DNA of 64,000 bases, from assembly GCA_024704765.1 (NCBI GenBank), contig JAKMXF010000110.1:558001-622000 (forward strand). Reading direction: 5' to 3'. The DNA is from Oopsacas minuta. Taxonomy: Eukaryota; Animalia; Porifera. Of this stretch, positions 23,101-35,023 are shown in pieces; positions within the stretch are counted from its first letter, which is position 1; each line of letters opens with the position of its first letter. Under the pieces are notes generated by a model that saw nothing but the letters and a program-made list of their open reading frames with translations, was not told the origin of the DNA and searched no databases. Made by a program: the position numbers and the translations under genes.

Positions 23101-26100
23101 TATTTATTTATTTATTTCGTATGCTATATCTTCATGTTGTGTTTTTGTAGCAATTAGAGTTGAATGATTGTGTTCCCAGAGATTGTTGCAGATTAGTAAA
23201 GTACGATGAAGTATACGAAACACTAGACATGTCATATGAAGAGCATCTAGTAAGTTATGTACAGTCAACTCCTGTTATATCGAAGCTTAAGGGACCTTGA
23301 TAATTACTCCCATATAACCGACGAAATATAAGTTGCTTTGATGGTTTGGGACCATATTTGTACAACTTAAGACTTTGATATATTCGTGTTCGATATAACT
23401 GGAGTTGACTATGCGAAATCTATTTTAGAACACATCATTCGCTCACCTGATGGGTGGAATTAGACACAGCTACATACATGATCTGCTTATGGAGATTAAG
23501 AGGAAGGATCAGAAATTCCAGATATACAAACCTGGTGGTTAGTTAACACCAATATTTATCGTATAGTTGCAGTTACTAACAATGAGTAATTTGGTGTATG
23601 TATTTGGTAATACTACCTGCCACTTGTTGATATACGTCTATTATCAATTCGTCTACTAAATAGCGAGATTTGCAAGGTAAAATTCATGCAAATATGGTTT
23701 GTTAATAGAGGAACTCTACTGTAATACATTTCTGAATATTATAGCTGTTAGTTATACGTTTTCCAATGGCTGAGCTGGATTATAATCCCAAACGTGTGAA
23801 GACCAACTCCCCAACTCCTTATCTCTATATTAACAATGATTACACACATACAAGCAAATTATCAAACAAATTGCAGAAGAATTGGAGCACTTCGAAAGAT
23901 TTGGAAGATGGAAACTTCAAATTTTCAAATTCACCCTTCAAACATTGCATTCTTAACAATTTCTTTACAGAATTAGTTACAGTAAATTTGCTAGAAAAGG
24001 AGTTGAAATCTTTGAAACTCACTAAGAAGAATTCAGATTTACTTCGATTAAGACAATCTTTCGATTTATCTAACTATAAGGACGGACTGATAGGATCGTT
24101 CTTATCTTGTCTGAGGGAAGAATTACTGTATTTTATCTCTAAATCTACAGGATTCGATTTGGAAGAGATATCGCTGAGTTGCGCTAATTATTCATATCGT
24201 GATTATTTGCTCTGTCATGATGATCAGTTAGAAAACCGTAAAATCGCTTTCATATACTATTTAGTGCCAAAGATTTGGTCCCTAGCGGATGGTGGGACGC
24301 TAGATGTATTCACAGCTGTTGATTTCACACCTTTCGAGATTGCAAAATCTATTGTACCAACAAGGAATACGCTTGTATTTTTTGAAGTAAGTAATATTTC
24401 GTTCCACCAAGTTTCTGAGATTTTGAGCACAAATAAATCGCGGTTATCTTTGAGTGGTTGGTTCCATTCTAAAAATACAACAAAAGAAATTCCACAAGTT
24501 CCAGCTCCAATACCAAAATTAACTGATTTGACACTTTCAGATATTTCTATACTAGAACCATGGATAAATCCAATTTACCTAGATACCAAAGTGCAGTTTG
24601 GAATTCGTAAGAAGTTTGAAATACAGTCAGAGATTAAATTACAAGATTTTATTCTGCCGAGTAAGTTTGACGAACTTTGTAAGAATTTAAACTCCCCCGG
24701 TCTAGAATGGGAATGGACCGGATCCTGGAATAAAGAGAGGTTTCAGCGAATCAAATCCGAGCATAACCCGGAAGTATTATCACATTTTGACACCTTATTG
24801 ATCTCTGAACCTTACGCCATTCTCCTGTCACATCTCACAGGTCTGAAGCTATCCGATAATCTACAGGAATTATCCTCAAATGATTCTGAAAGTAAATCTA
24901 ACACATCACATAGTTCCAATTCAAGTGAATTAAAAATAGGTTACGGAACATTGGAAAATTTAACAAGATGGAAAGGAGGGAGTTACTCTCTTCTAAATTT
25001 TACAAATTCGATTGTATCACAAACTAATCGTCTGCAATCGAATTTATTTGTCAGCACAGATAAAGGTGTGTATGATGCCGAAGGGTTCTGGAGTTATATT
25101 GCATCAGAAGGGGAAGATGAACTGTTAAGAATTGAACCACAGGGTAACTGTCTTTGTCTTGTGTATCTTGAGAAAGGTACAGGAATGTTTGTGAAGTATA
25201 TAAGTAGAACTTCTGACCAGGAGTATTATTCATATTCTAATCTACATTTTGAAAAAGACTAATAGAATTATGTCAAATTAAATACAGTACAGGGGCCTGT
25301 GAAAACGGCGAACTTCTGAATACGGAGTGAGAATTGTGCCTTTTCAAACTGGGAAACGAGGTAGTAAGTTCAGCGTTCATAGCACACCGTTTACGGAGGT
25401 CACACTATAATACAAAGGCTCGATATAGCCAATATCAGCCTTACTATTTGTATAAGAACTTTTCCTCGTATAATTTGTAACATTCCCATAGGAATAATGG
25501 TCAAAGTGTATCATGTGGATTTGGACTCCAAATCAGTGTTAGACCCTCAAATACTCAGAGCTCATCAGACTATGACAGTAGGGGAATTCAAACAGTTGGT
25601 AGAGCAGGTGCTTATATTATTAATATTAATCCCGTAGTGTTCGTATTAACGAGGTTCCACTGTTTATAGGAGATGAGTATACCAGCAGAACACATGCGTA
25701 TTCTCCTGGAGAGGTACTACTATGAGCTTAGAATACTGGAATATGACCAGCATCTATTGAAGCAAGAGGGTTTCTATAGAATTAATAAGGTATATAAAAG
25801 CTATGTGGTTTGGTCATATGACAACACTCTCACATTTGTTCCTAGGTGTTTATCGAAGGAGGTAAATTTGACGACCATCTGAACCCAATAGAAAACTCTC
25901 AAATGTATAAAGTAGTAGATTCTCATATCAACGCGGTTAATCTTATAATTACCTTACCGAGTATTGAAGATATTGAAGAAGAGAAATGTGATAAGAAAGT
26001 TGTTGAAGGGGGAGGAGATCCTATTGATGTATCACCTAATGAACCTGGATCTTCTCTGGAAAATGCCGAAAAAGGTGAGTGATTTTCCACGAATATAATA

Positions 26101-28979
26101 CGGCTATTACTGCTCTTGGATATCATTACATAGTTGTATATCTCTATTAGTTTTGTATAACAGTGGATGTGTTATAAGAACACCCTTGGGAGCAGCAATA
26201 CATTTATTTTGAGCGGCATAAATATGCAAGAATACATGTGAACCGTTTTCCAGAGGATGGTGATTATATCCGGCATGTTTTTATAACCGGTGTTCTTATA
26301 TCTGGTGTTCTTATAACCGGCATCTACCGTATAACCGAATATGCCTAAGTGTTCCATAGCAACCAATCCGAGCATTTGGATTTTTCTGATTTTGACTCAC
26401 CCATTTGTGATTTTTATTTAGAGACGGATACTCCAAAAACAAATGAAAGCGAAGTAAAGAAAGAAGAAACAATCACAGATCCCGTCGAATCTAAAACAAT
26501 AATAGGACCAGAGAAAGAACCCCAAAATACAGATTCAGATTTAGAATCCGCTAGGAATAAACCTAAACCACGAATTATTAAAATAAATATTGACAAAAGA
26601 CTGACAATTTCTGATCTGAAAAATAGGCTGGAGCCTGAAGTAGGGATATCTACAGACTTCTTTAAGATTATTCGTGTATACACTAATCTGCAGGAATTTG
26701 AGTACACTAGACTAGGTGACACCCTCTCCTCGTTTGTAGATGATGTTAAAGTGAGTAAATGTGTGAAAACGGATATATTGAAATACCCGCTTACATCAAA
26801 TTAATTATCGCGGTCTCTTGAGCTTCGGTATAGCAGGAGTTGACTGCACGTACTTCAGAATATAGCTTGTTTAATTTTGAGATAAAATATTTCAGACATG
26901 TAACAGGTATTATAAGAGAGGTTATACAATCACCTCTCGTTCAATCGAAACTCAAGGGACCGTGATAATTACTTTGATATTAGCCGAGTAGATATACCCG
27001 ATGGAGTATATGTTACTTGTATAATTAGGAACCAATTGTTTAAGGCTTCGATATATCGGTGTTCGAGATAACAGGCGTTGAATGTATATTATTTATTTTG
27101 TTTATAGATTGTTGTCCGTTTGGGGAGAGCTCTGAAGCCAGGAGAATATAGAGCTAAAGTTTATTTCTTGAATGTCAGAGCTACTGATGAGGTTTGTTGT
27201 TGTTTATTCTAATTTGTTTACTGTTTATTTATTTGTTTATGTTTCAGATTACAAAGTTTTTGATGGATTTTATCGTTTCTAAAGATTTATCAGTGAAAGA
27301 CGCTAAATTAGAAATTTTAGATTCTATAAGCAGGAAGAAGACAGAATATATCCCTCAAGGTCTAACACTAGACAAGTAATAGCATTAATATAATTATCTA
27401 TTTGCCTATTCCAACTGTTTCAAGCCTTTTTCAGACGTGAACCCTTACGTAGGGCTGTGGATTTCAGGTTGGGAACCACTTGCCTATTCTGATATCCCTA
27501 AGGCAGAATTTCCCAACGTAGGTTCCAAAGACCTCTTGGTGGTCCGCGGACCACTTAGTGAGCCCATATGAGCTAAAAATTTGTATTGCAGTCTTTGGAG
27601 CTGGTCCAATAGGGGTCTGTCCAAATGGCTACCCCGTCACGGTTTGTGGAGGTTACACGCGGAATACATTTGAGGAATATGAACCATTATTCCAATCTTT
27701 CTATAGCTTACGATTACGCAAGAAAACCTGGAAGAATCCCGGTACTATATACTTTGACGATCAATACTTTGATAAAGATATCAATGTTTTCAACGGCAGT
27801 GAAATATTCGTAGAGATGCTAGAGGGTACAGAGCCTATGACAAGACCTTCAGATCTACAGATATACATCCGGAAATGGAATCCTAATTCATATACATTAG
27901 ATCAATTCCAGGAGATTATTATGAATGCTACTTCTGTTGATGCGCTCAAACAAATGGTGAATATAAATCTACATATACTAACTACAGTAGATGCCGGATG
28001 TAAGAACACCGGTTATAAGAACCACAACTTGAATTACGGAATCTCTTGTATTCTACTCCATTGAATTTTTACCGGTTATAAGAACATTATGTCCAGTTCC
28101 CGAAGATGTTCTTATAACCGGCATTCACTGTGCCTGCAAAGTTTATACACTAATTTCGCCTCTATTTATACATACATCCAATTTACACATTTACTTACTT
28201 TCTATTAGATCGCACAACATTCCAATCTCGCTTGCTCAAACGTGGAATTTGCTAAGGTAAAACCATAAATTTCTCTAACTGACCGCCTGCATGCAACTAC
28301 GAATTATTCTATTTAGGGACAAGGCAGCTTTCCCTGTGATATATCCTTGTTAGAGATTCAGGAGGAATTAGACTGGAATCCATCAGCTATGTATCTCAAT
28401 ACATGGCCGCTATATATGCATGATGATGGATCTGTTATATATTACAGGTATGTGTATGATTGTTCAGGAGTTCGTACTATTAAGTTTCACTCCGTTTACA
28501 GAAGTTCCCGGTTTCCCGTATAGCTATTATATATTATGTGTTTCAATAGAGATAAGACAGATACCTTAATGAAGCTTAGCGATCAGAGAAGACAAGAAAT
28601 ACAGAAACAAGAAACAACTAGGTATATTACACTAAATATTATAGAACAGGGGTTCCTAACCTTTTCACATGTGGACCCTACAATACAAATTTTGATATCC
28701 TGTGGACACTAGATTGGGAAGCGCTGCTCTACTGAATGTGTTTTGGACAAAATTATTGGATAATTCTACTTCAAATTCTAATCAAAATGCATTCTATACA
28801 ATAACTCAGTGATATATTTATATATTCATTGTAGACTCCAGAAACTCACCAACACTTCTTCCGTAAGCTGGGTCAAACCGAAGGAGAGGGCTCTGAAGAT
28901 ATACGTTAAAGATTCCTCTACTACCGATACACCAGACGAACCTGAAGCTCCTGGAGTAGAAATAGATAGCAAAGTATAA
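10999..28979 (+). CDS. USP47: Ubiquitin carboxyl-terminal hydrolase 47 (many exons; exon 1 10999-11041, exon 2 11398-11612, exon 3 from 17033, last exon ending 28979)
   Basis: N-term [10 protein letters not shown]...[14 protein letters not shown]; Cys box [21 protein letters not shown]; His box [16 protein letters not shown]; WYQFNDQSV; [20 protein letters not shown]; C-term RLQK...KERALKIY, colinear with vertebrate USP47 as recalled. Confidence 0.9.
11753..11910. mobile_element. MITE family C (TIR CAGTGGAACCTCGT..ACGAAC); relatives at 33302-33469 (TA-flanked) and ~25635-25662 (right end only)
   Basis: cagtggaacctcg...gtgttcgtattaacgaggttccactg. Confidence 0.8.
12283..12999 (+). CDS. Intronless protein: one ubiquitin-like domain ending RLLGG plus a Cys-rich C-terminal domain; nested in USP47 intron 2
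   Basis: First ATG at 12283; [10 protein letters not shown]...[22 protein letters not shown], then WRKV..G..F.GIC....C...CPIC...GVGLYKC. Confidence 0.8.
   Translation: MVEQFSEIFFTDYEGKQRVIRFLKDEFIDTSIYSLKFQIELMTDVLIQEQHLTLDGRKLDAKKGDRIMTFEDYGIMQGASIVLHQRLLGGEIEPFDFVNINKKKKFKPMKLGRGTKTWRKVLPGICFVGICLEKGCKASGDLVVVNKEFYKDKAGCCVANVEIHRLNCPICKEQIDTKSLMGVGLYKCKAIVETMHKTGEKEKKHKYEIKSEDFLYAYSVNDKGKIKYQYIEIIIKPL
13415..14812 (+). CDS. Intronless protein: four tandem ubiquitin-like domains plus the same Cys-rich domain; nested in USP47 intron 2
   Basis: Four ~78-aa repeats of the LK..I...EGIP...Q.L.(Y/F).G..L.D..TL..Y.I type; C-term [13 protein letters not shown]....C...CPMC...GVGIYKC. Confidence 0.85.
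   Translation: MAAKYSDLYFLIDNGNNLSLKIPQKTFAETKIQELKSQIQLKTGFELENQKLIYSNKILENNTNICVYDITTGSYILLLNQSDCLFVYITESVKTILLTFPKLSFANLTVVELKFEVKRREGIPENIQKLFYNGQILEDENTLEFYGIIPDSKLTLFPNQNECLFIKTFDKTITITVTNTIFSQTTVLELKSLINRKESIPKEQQRLILSGRELRNSKTLGYYKIKQEFVINLLIIPASISSHISYSLFIQMYTGRILTLEFPNKTFLKLSVLDLILQIERCENIPRNIQYLYFTGKQLEESKLLSQYSIIDGSTLDLKLNIYGVANDPFNFSEISFQELFEKVTQFAPHWRQVSEGVNFRATCRNKDCEACNRIVYVQRGFYEATNGECLLNNEMGVLECPMCGCKIDKANIHGVGIYKCILEVRKGGCVCCKVESRDMFQFAQCMQDLDLLHVMDILLVVKRL
15679..16578 (+). CDS. Intronless protein: one ubiquitin-like domain ending RVCGG, the Cys-rich domain and an (EEPV)n tail; nested in USP47 intron 2
   Basis: LTYNGKNL...[22 protein letters not shown]; [25 protein letters not shown]...CPVC...GVGIYKC; 12-bp repeat at ~16415-16465. 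Confidence 0.85.
   Translation: MATGGYSCVFVIIDSTPCSFRFPKESFGKTKITQLQHQIQKRTGCNVDDCLTYNGKNLKIHGDWYALTFETYNITPNSNIILNPRVCGGSEFDTGSMDFVDVTAEEKFVAISLVRSSGAPSWRQVDEGLNFSGICRNEGCKACDQLVYIQRGFYQEDYGRCFVNSEISMLQCPVCKKELNKNDIKGVGIYKCTLEVRTKREGANQKTFTIKSEEKFRYAECRNKHDKIVYDSVVFVVKPLENTEAVEEPVEEPVEEPVEEPVEDHIPIEEPRPVGKHKTFKARIDRGMQKLVHKYFHDE
18910..19037. mobile_element. MITE family A copy with TA TSD, in a USP47 intron
   Basis: TA|cagtcatctcccgttatacgaag...cttcgatataacgggagatactg|TA. Confidence 0.8.
19396..19875 (+). CDS. Small predicted membrane protein (signal peptide, short Cys-bearing ectodomain, TM, PPPY motif); nested in USP47 intron 18791-20510
   Basis: [20 protein letters not shown] signal-like; hydrophobic [21 protein letters not shown]; KPPPYTY; coherent architecture but no family recognised. 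Confidence 0.55.
   Translation: MNVFLQIIVVFSFLVSILSAPTDLPPDCTDGDNCSSIFETQYLPIIIRTSTCIFVALVIFLFLCIILWLLSYAIDPNNSFVTSVCLGMLACFCSQLATQQNKSTRSKQNLSTRNKNHNNTNKPPPYTYATIPQTELINQLHCPCHTAKFLQPVSVTRNT
23766..25262 (+). CDS. OGFOD1: Prolyl 3-hydroxylase OGFOD1/Tpa1-like, intronless; nested in USP47 intron 23538-25491
   Basis: 2OG-Fe(II) motifs [37 protein letters not shown]; second domain WINPIYL...[17 protein letters not shown]....G.FVKY. Confidence 0.9.
   Translation: MAELDYNPKRVKTNSPTPYLYINNDYTHTSKLSNKLQKNWSTSKDLEDGNFKFSNSPFKHCILNNFFTELVTVNLLEKELKSLKLTKKNSDLLRLRQSFDLSNYKDGLIGSFLSCLREELLYFISKSTGFDLEEISLSCANYSYRDYLLCHDDQLENRKIAFIYYLVPKIWSLADGGTLDVFTAVDFTPFEIAKSIVPTRNTLVFFEVSNISFHQVSEILSTNKSRLSLSGWFHSKNTTKEIPQVPAPIPKLTDLTLSDISILEPWINPIYLDTKVQFGIRKKFEIQSEIKLQDFILPSKFDELCKNLNSPGLEWEWTGSWNKERFQRIKSEHNPEVLSHFDTLLISEPYAILLSHLTGLKLSDNLQELSSNDSESKSNTSHSSNSSELKIGYGTLENLTRWKGGSYSLLNFTNSIVSQTNRLQSNLFVSTDKGVYDAEGFWSYIASEGEDELLRIEPQGNCLCLVYLEKGTGMFVKYISRTSDQEYYSYSNLHFEKD
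27985..28130. mobile_element. MITE family B (TIR CAGTAGATGCCGG.TATAAGAACA); relatives at 26161-26329, ~5296-5350 and ~15440-15540
   Basis: cagtagatgccgg...tgttcttataaccggcattcactg. Confidence 0.75.
28647..28726. mobile_element. Decayed hAT-like mini-element (CAGGGGTTCCTAA...TTGGGAAGCGCTG); similar remnants at ~27410-27560, ~33178 and ~48606-48690
   Basis: Termini resemble the CAGTGGTTCCCAA/TTGGGAACCACTG class; 8-bp TSD not preserved. Confidence 0.5.
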
Positions 28980-30346
28980 AATTCCTTCTTTTAATATTTT
29001 CATCTACATAACTGACTTACTTCAGGAAAGTATCTTTAGAGTAGTAGGGTAATGAATCTTTTTAGAGATTTGTTTATATTTCTGTTTACCTCTCACAACA
29101 AGGATAATAAACATCCTCTTTGAGTGTTGTTCTCCATTTTATGTTAATATTTAACGATACATATGGGTAATTAATATAAATATTGAATAAACACGATTAA
29201 TATATGTTTCTTTGATGGTTTGGGGCCATATTTGTACAATTTATGGCTTCGATACAAGCGGGTGTTTAGAAATACCCGTATTCGATAGTACGGAAGATGA
29301 CTGTATATGTTATTGTATGATTCTTAATACATTGGACTTGACCTATTAGCACTACTTTCTGAATACAGAATAGTTTAGGAATATTGGAAAAAATAATATA
29401 CAAAATTCATCTTAAGTCAACTCCTGTGATATCAAAGCTCATGATAGTTCTGTATAACCGATTAATATATGTTTCTTTGACGGTTTAGGGACATATTTGT
29501 ACAATTTATGGCTTCGATACAAGCGAGTATTTAGAAATATCCTTGACAGTAGTTACTGTAGTGGAAAAAGAAGTTGAGAATCATCCCGAGTTTTGTGTCC
29601 ACATTTTTTTCTGGGGTTATATTTTTTGTTACTATTTAGAAATTTAGAATTTAGTTACAAGGAACAGTAGGAGGGGGAGTTATGTGTATTATTCTGTTAT
29701 ACCAACTTGCAACACATCTACAACTTACCTAATGGGTAATAAAGTTCAAATTTGTATATTGTGCAATATACAAAGGTGTTTGTCTATGGAGTTATATATC
29801 AAATATCTGTGATGAGCTAAATGTAATAGAATATTGCTTTAAGATCTCCAATTTGATGACGAATTTTGGAATGCTATTTCTTCTAGAGTTGTTTATTTCT
29901 TGGAAAATATTGAACTTTACTCATTGATAGTTTTAAGCATAATCTTATAGTCAGGGCCTCTATATAGAATTGAAAGTTTTTACTAACGGACACTTTAGGA
30001 TATTAATCGTTATGTAAATGCTTCTAAATTATGAGAACTATCTTGCCTAAGGTTGTAGCGATCCGAATAATTACAAAATTAGAGGTATGTTCGAATATTG
30101 CATTTATTTTGCCTTATTTTTGCTGAACTTAAGCATGTTAGGAATCTGAACATGATACAATTCAACTTTTTGCAATAGCTCATAGGCCTGAACTTTAAAA
30201 CATCCGAATGGTCGTCTGTCAAAATCGTACAGTTTGTAACTAGCATACATAATAATACTCAAACTACTCAGAACTTGTGTAAGTTTAATACGTAATATTC
30301 AAGTTCTACATAAAAACAGTACAGTAAATAAAACAGCTTAAGACAG

Positions 30347-31226
30347 TCAAATAATTATTTTCTTTAATCCTATCTTATTATTCAGACCTTCCAAGAACTC
30401 AGAAAAATCGATAGAATTATCACCACTCAAATCGAACATTTTATACATTCTCATTACGTGATTGTCTTGTAATGGTATTCGTAGTAGCTGCATAGTTTCT
30501 CTAAAGTGTTTCTCTTCTACTGCCCCTTTCTTCTCTCTGTCAAATGTGTCGAATATGTCCTTCATAAGTTGGTCTTCTTTCTCTGTGTCTTTCTTTACCA
30601 TCTCTCCTTTTGTTTCTAGAATTATGATATGTATTATACACAGTTTCAAACTATCTTAAAGAAATAAATTCACTTGAATAGAGTCACTAACAACTCAAAA
30701 TTATATTGAAGGAAATTCACGGATGTTAAGAAGTAATGGAAGCACGTCAACTCATTGAATTCGTCGATGTTTGAAAAGTATAGAAATGGTCACCTCCCGT
30801 TATATCGAAGCTCAAAGGGACCGCTATAATTACTTCGACATAACCGATTATGTTACTTTGACAGTATACGATCATATTTGTACAATTGCAGACTTTGATG
30901 TATGCGGTATTTTGATATACATATGTAAGCATTCCACTATTGTCAGATATTTTAGTATTTATGCAACCAATATTACCATCAACCTCTTCACTTTTGGAGT
31001 TCAGAATAGCTCCCATCAGATCACTAGCTTTGATTATACCGTCCGACTGTTGGTAATCTGTCATATATTTGTAGAAAGCTTCTTCAGATATCCCCATGTT
31101 TAGGTCTGTCATCATTTTGAAAAGTGTAGAAGCTTGTAGTCCCTTCTCTTCAGGATCGAATAGGTAGAGAAGAACATTATATCTTTGATGGAAAAATTGT
31201 CCTGCTCTTTTTAGTTTGTCAACCAT
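30347..31226 (-). CDS. Calmodulin-like EF-hand protein, 2 exons (31226-30977, 30615-30347), ~172 aa
   Basis: Phase-1 GTAATA...TAG intron joins in frame; EF loops DREKKGAVEEKH and DLSGDNSIDFSE; N-lobe loops degenerate. Confidence 0.7.
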
Positions 31227-33555
31227 TTGCTTGTGGAATTTATTTATTTACGAATTGTGTTGATTATATTATTTGTTGTTTACGGAGCCTGTGGTTACAA
31301 TATAAGATCATAGTTCATATGTAATTACACTGGATTACCAACACAATATACTTTGTATGTTCTTAATTAAGGAAGCGAGTATATACCTCAATGTTTCTCA
31401 ACTTTTCTGAACTGCAGCACACTCACTTCATCTATAATATTCAAGACACACCTGTAAAGCGTTCGCCTTTTAGCAAGTCGGATTTTGTAGGAATTTCCCT
31501 TGCTATTAGTAACATTTCCAATAAAAAATGGACTCTAGGGTAACTGAAAATTCTTGCTATAAAGCGAATACCACTGAGGTTCTTTGCCATTTAAAATTTT
31601 CATTTCCAAATCTCTGAAAGCATTTAAACAATTTGATTTATCTCAGTGACTTTTTTGGCAACAACAAACTAGACAGCTGATTACTTTCTTATAGACAATC
31701 TATTGTTCGAGGAATTATTCATATATTTATCACCCAAGAGTTCTAATTACTTAATTTTCGAATGAATTGTTTCATTTGCAATAATTTGTCTGAAGTAGGT
31801 TGTAGTTTCTACAGCACTAGTATTATATTACAAACAATATTCTGGAACCCTTTGAGCATTGTACACATTTATGCTTCTTAGCTATAATCCCCTTACGCGT
31901 TTCCCAATTTAGACGATCTCAAATATCTGCTTAGGCCTACTAAGTTATTCAAAGTATAATTAGTCAATTCGAAATTCATTTCACTTCATTTCTTTGGTTT
32001 TTGTTGTTAAGTTTTTATGGAATGTTACTGATCTTTTCAGGTATTTGTATCTAATCCCGATCTCCTGTCTCCTACCGCATTTCTTATGTCCATTATTTGT
32101 GTAAAATGGGGGCGAGTGTCAGCTGAGATTTCCAGTTATACTAAGTTTGAATTACGTAGGTGGAATTTGGACCTTTTCAATATACTTATTTACTCTTTAT
32201 TAACAGTTACTGAACTGCTAACTCTAGAGGTTCCCAAACTTTCTCCCATGTCCTGCTTCGTCTGTGGACCACCAAAGGATCAACGGATGGACCTCAGGTT
32301 GGGGGCGATAATTAATATGGATAAATTCCCAAAAGCCTGTTTGTATACAAGCCCACTACTAGTTGGAAACATGTTTCAACTCCATCGCCCGCATCTAATT
32401 TGGCTACCGCACGAATTTTGTGATTATTTCACTATTTTCTCAAAGTAATTCCTCTAAAGAGTGAATAAACTAGCTAATATTTGAATTTGAATCACTTCTT
32501 CCATATTCTCATATCAAATGAGACTTTGTCCATTTTCATATTTTGATGAATGAACCATTTCTCGCTGAAACGTCACAAAATAATGAGATAATGATAATGA
32601 GCCCCGCGCCCGCATGCATGGCCAGGTAGATCTCATATTGAGCTGAATCGAGTTTCTCATTAATTGTTGCCTTAACGTCAAGTTCAATGGATCTAGAAAA
32701 TTTGTTAATCAAATGCCCGCATATATTTCCCTCAAGGGAATAGGCGTAACAGCTAGTGGGGTGCTGACAACCCCTGGCTACTGTTAGTTGCGAAGGTTTT
32801 AGTAACTTTTGCGTGAAACAACAATTTGACAGCTAATTGAATTTGATATATTAATTACTAATACAAAATACTTCCTTCTGTTTTGGTTTACCGAGTTGTT
32901 TATTAAAATAGAATTCCCTTTAAGCTGACGTTAGCTCTTTCATTGAAAGTAATACTAAACACAATCTGTGCTTGTGATTAATTGATAATTATTGACGGCT
33001 ATTTTCATAATTTCATATATAAATATCCTATAATCATGTCTTAATATGCAAATCTTAAGGCTATATAAGGCGCTTCAAATTTTGGAACCGCGAAAATGTT
33101 CAAATAACCGCCAAATATTTCAAATGATAAATATTATCAATAGCTAAAATTTGTAATTGAATTACTGACCGTTTAGACCAGGGCTTCTCAAACGGGCGCG
33201 CGCGCCCACAAAATGTATCACACCAGAAATTAGAATATCGCGGAAGCAGTTTAGAACAACTCGATTAATGTAATATTTTAACCAACGAGAATTTAAGAAT
33301 ACAGTGAAACCTCGTTAATACGAATTTCCGGTTAAGACGAACAGACTTTTACACAACTTTAGTTCACACAATGTGTATTCAATTGTTTTTACTCCGATTA
33401 ATACGTACTCCGGATAAGGAGTACAAATCTCGACGGTCCCTTGGTGTACGTATTAACGAGGTTCTACTGTATTTTAAACTGCCAGTTTCATTTGTAAGAA
33501 CATTTTGTTGTTATTTACCAGTTTGTTTGTATATCCACCACACTAGCGGATAGTC

Positions 33556-35023
33556 ATGAAAGCTTTAGGTTTGCTCACACTTTTCGCACTAGTGGCACTC
33601 TATGATTGCAACGTGGTTCGATGTCCTAACCCACCTGACAACTGGTCTGTGTTCTGCTCAAATAACGCTTCCAAACCTTATGAAGGATACCTGTATACAA
33701 TAGTCTTTGAAATGCCTGTTACCTTTTTTATGGATCGATCAGTGCAGTATTGCGTTATGGTTGGTAATGGAGCTGTGACTAGTCCAGTAGCAACGCTAAC
33801 ATTATCATCCCCAGTCGCCAATCGTGTCTGTCTTTATCGTTACGAAGCTGTTAGACTCAGACAAAAGAGTGAAAGTATTAAACTAACTTTCTTTGATGAG
33901 AATTTTGCATGGTAATTATTGTAAATACTTCTATAGTGTACTCTCGTTATTTTCAGTTTCCTTCAAGGAGTGTCTATTTGGATGATCCATTCACGGTTCT
34001 ACACAGTAGTGCTGACTATTAGCAAATCCTATTTTGAATGAATTTCCCTTGCTAATAACCGAATTTCTATTATGCCCAATTGCACACTGTTTACCATACA
34101 AACATGCACTCTATTGCTGCAAGGCGAGTATCACTATTCATTATGTTTTGTTTACTCTTAATAACACTTATATTACTGTAGGACTGGAATGGAACAAGCA
34201 GCTTCTCTGAGAACAAATGGAGTAGTGTCTGGGAGAGATTTCCCTTATGCTTTTCTGCCTTATAGTCCAGAATTTGAAACCAGATTTTTGTCTAATTACA
34301 CCAATACATTCTACTTCCAGTGAGTGTTATTATTATTTAATATGTTTAGTGTTGTTCCTATAGAGAGATGTCATGTCCCGTCTGCGTTGTCCTGAGAAAT
34401 CTAGTGGGTCGATTGACACGAAAATGGGCACATGGGTACATTTTTGGGTGTAGATGTAAAGTGAATATTTTCACACCTTTTTGGTGGATAAAGTTAGACC
34501 AATCAGTTTGGTGGCTTTCCACAATGTAAATATACATTAACACTGTAATGCATTATAGAATGTAACTTGTAATTCTATTGGTTGGTGAGTTGTGTAAATG
34601 TAGATGTAATTATTTATCGTGATTAATCATATTTTCACACCTTTTGGCCAATATTTGAAATTAGCTGAAGGTTTTGTTTCAACGGTTAGTCCGGGGTAAT
34701 TGTGTGCTTAGATCTCGATTCGGACATTTTCAAATCTCCCAGATGTAGACTTAATAATATTTTAATACTTTTGTTATACATTTTCAGGTTCTGTCTGCTC
34801 GACATTTTTCATATATTATTACAATCATTTTAGGGTAACTTACTACGGACGAGGTAGCTCAATTGGAGAAGAGATCGTCGATACGTCACGCGATCTACCA
34901 AATTTAAACTTTAGTCCCTTCCAGGCTGGAGATTACATATACGCTATATTAGGGACTGGTGCAGTGATAATCGTGTTCTCCCTGTTTGTGTATGGGTTTT
35001 TCATCCAGCCCCATTATCTATAG
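33556..35023 (+). CDS. Orphan type I membrane protein (multi-exon model approximate)
   Basis: Signal peptide MKALGLLTLFALVALYDC; exon 1 phase-2 donor at 33912 fits an exon at ~34182-34320; last exon has TM YIYAILGTGAVIIVFSLFVYGFFI and a short tail ending at TAG 35023. Confidence 0.55.

Noticed and set aside
27558-28064. 168-aa ORF as a standalone gene
   Set aside because: It is a USP47 exon (~27680-27955) read through into flanking intron and MITE sequence
32086-32448. 120-aa ORF
   Set aside because: No recognisable protein features; it overlaps hAT-like MITE remnant sequence (gaggttcccaaact...caggttgggg)
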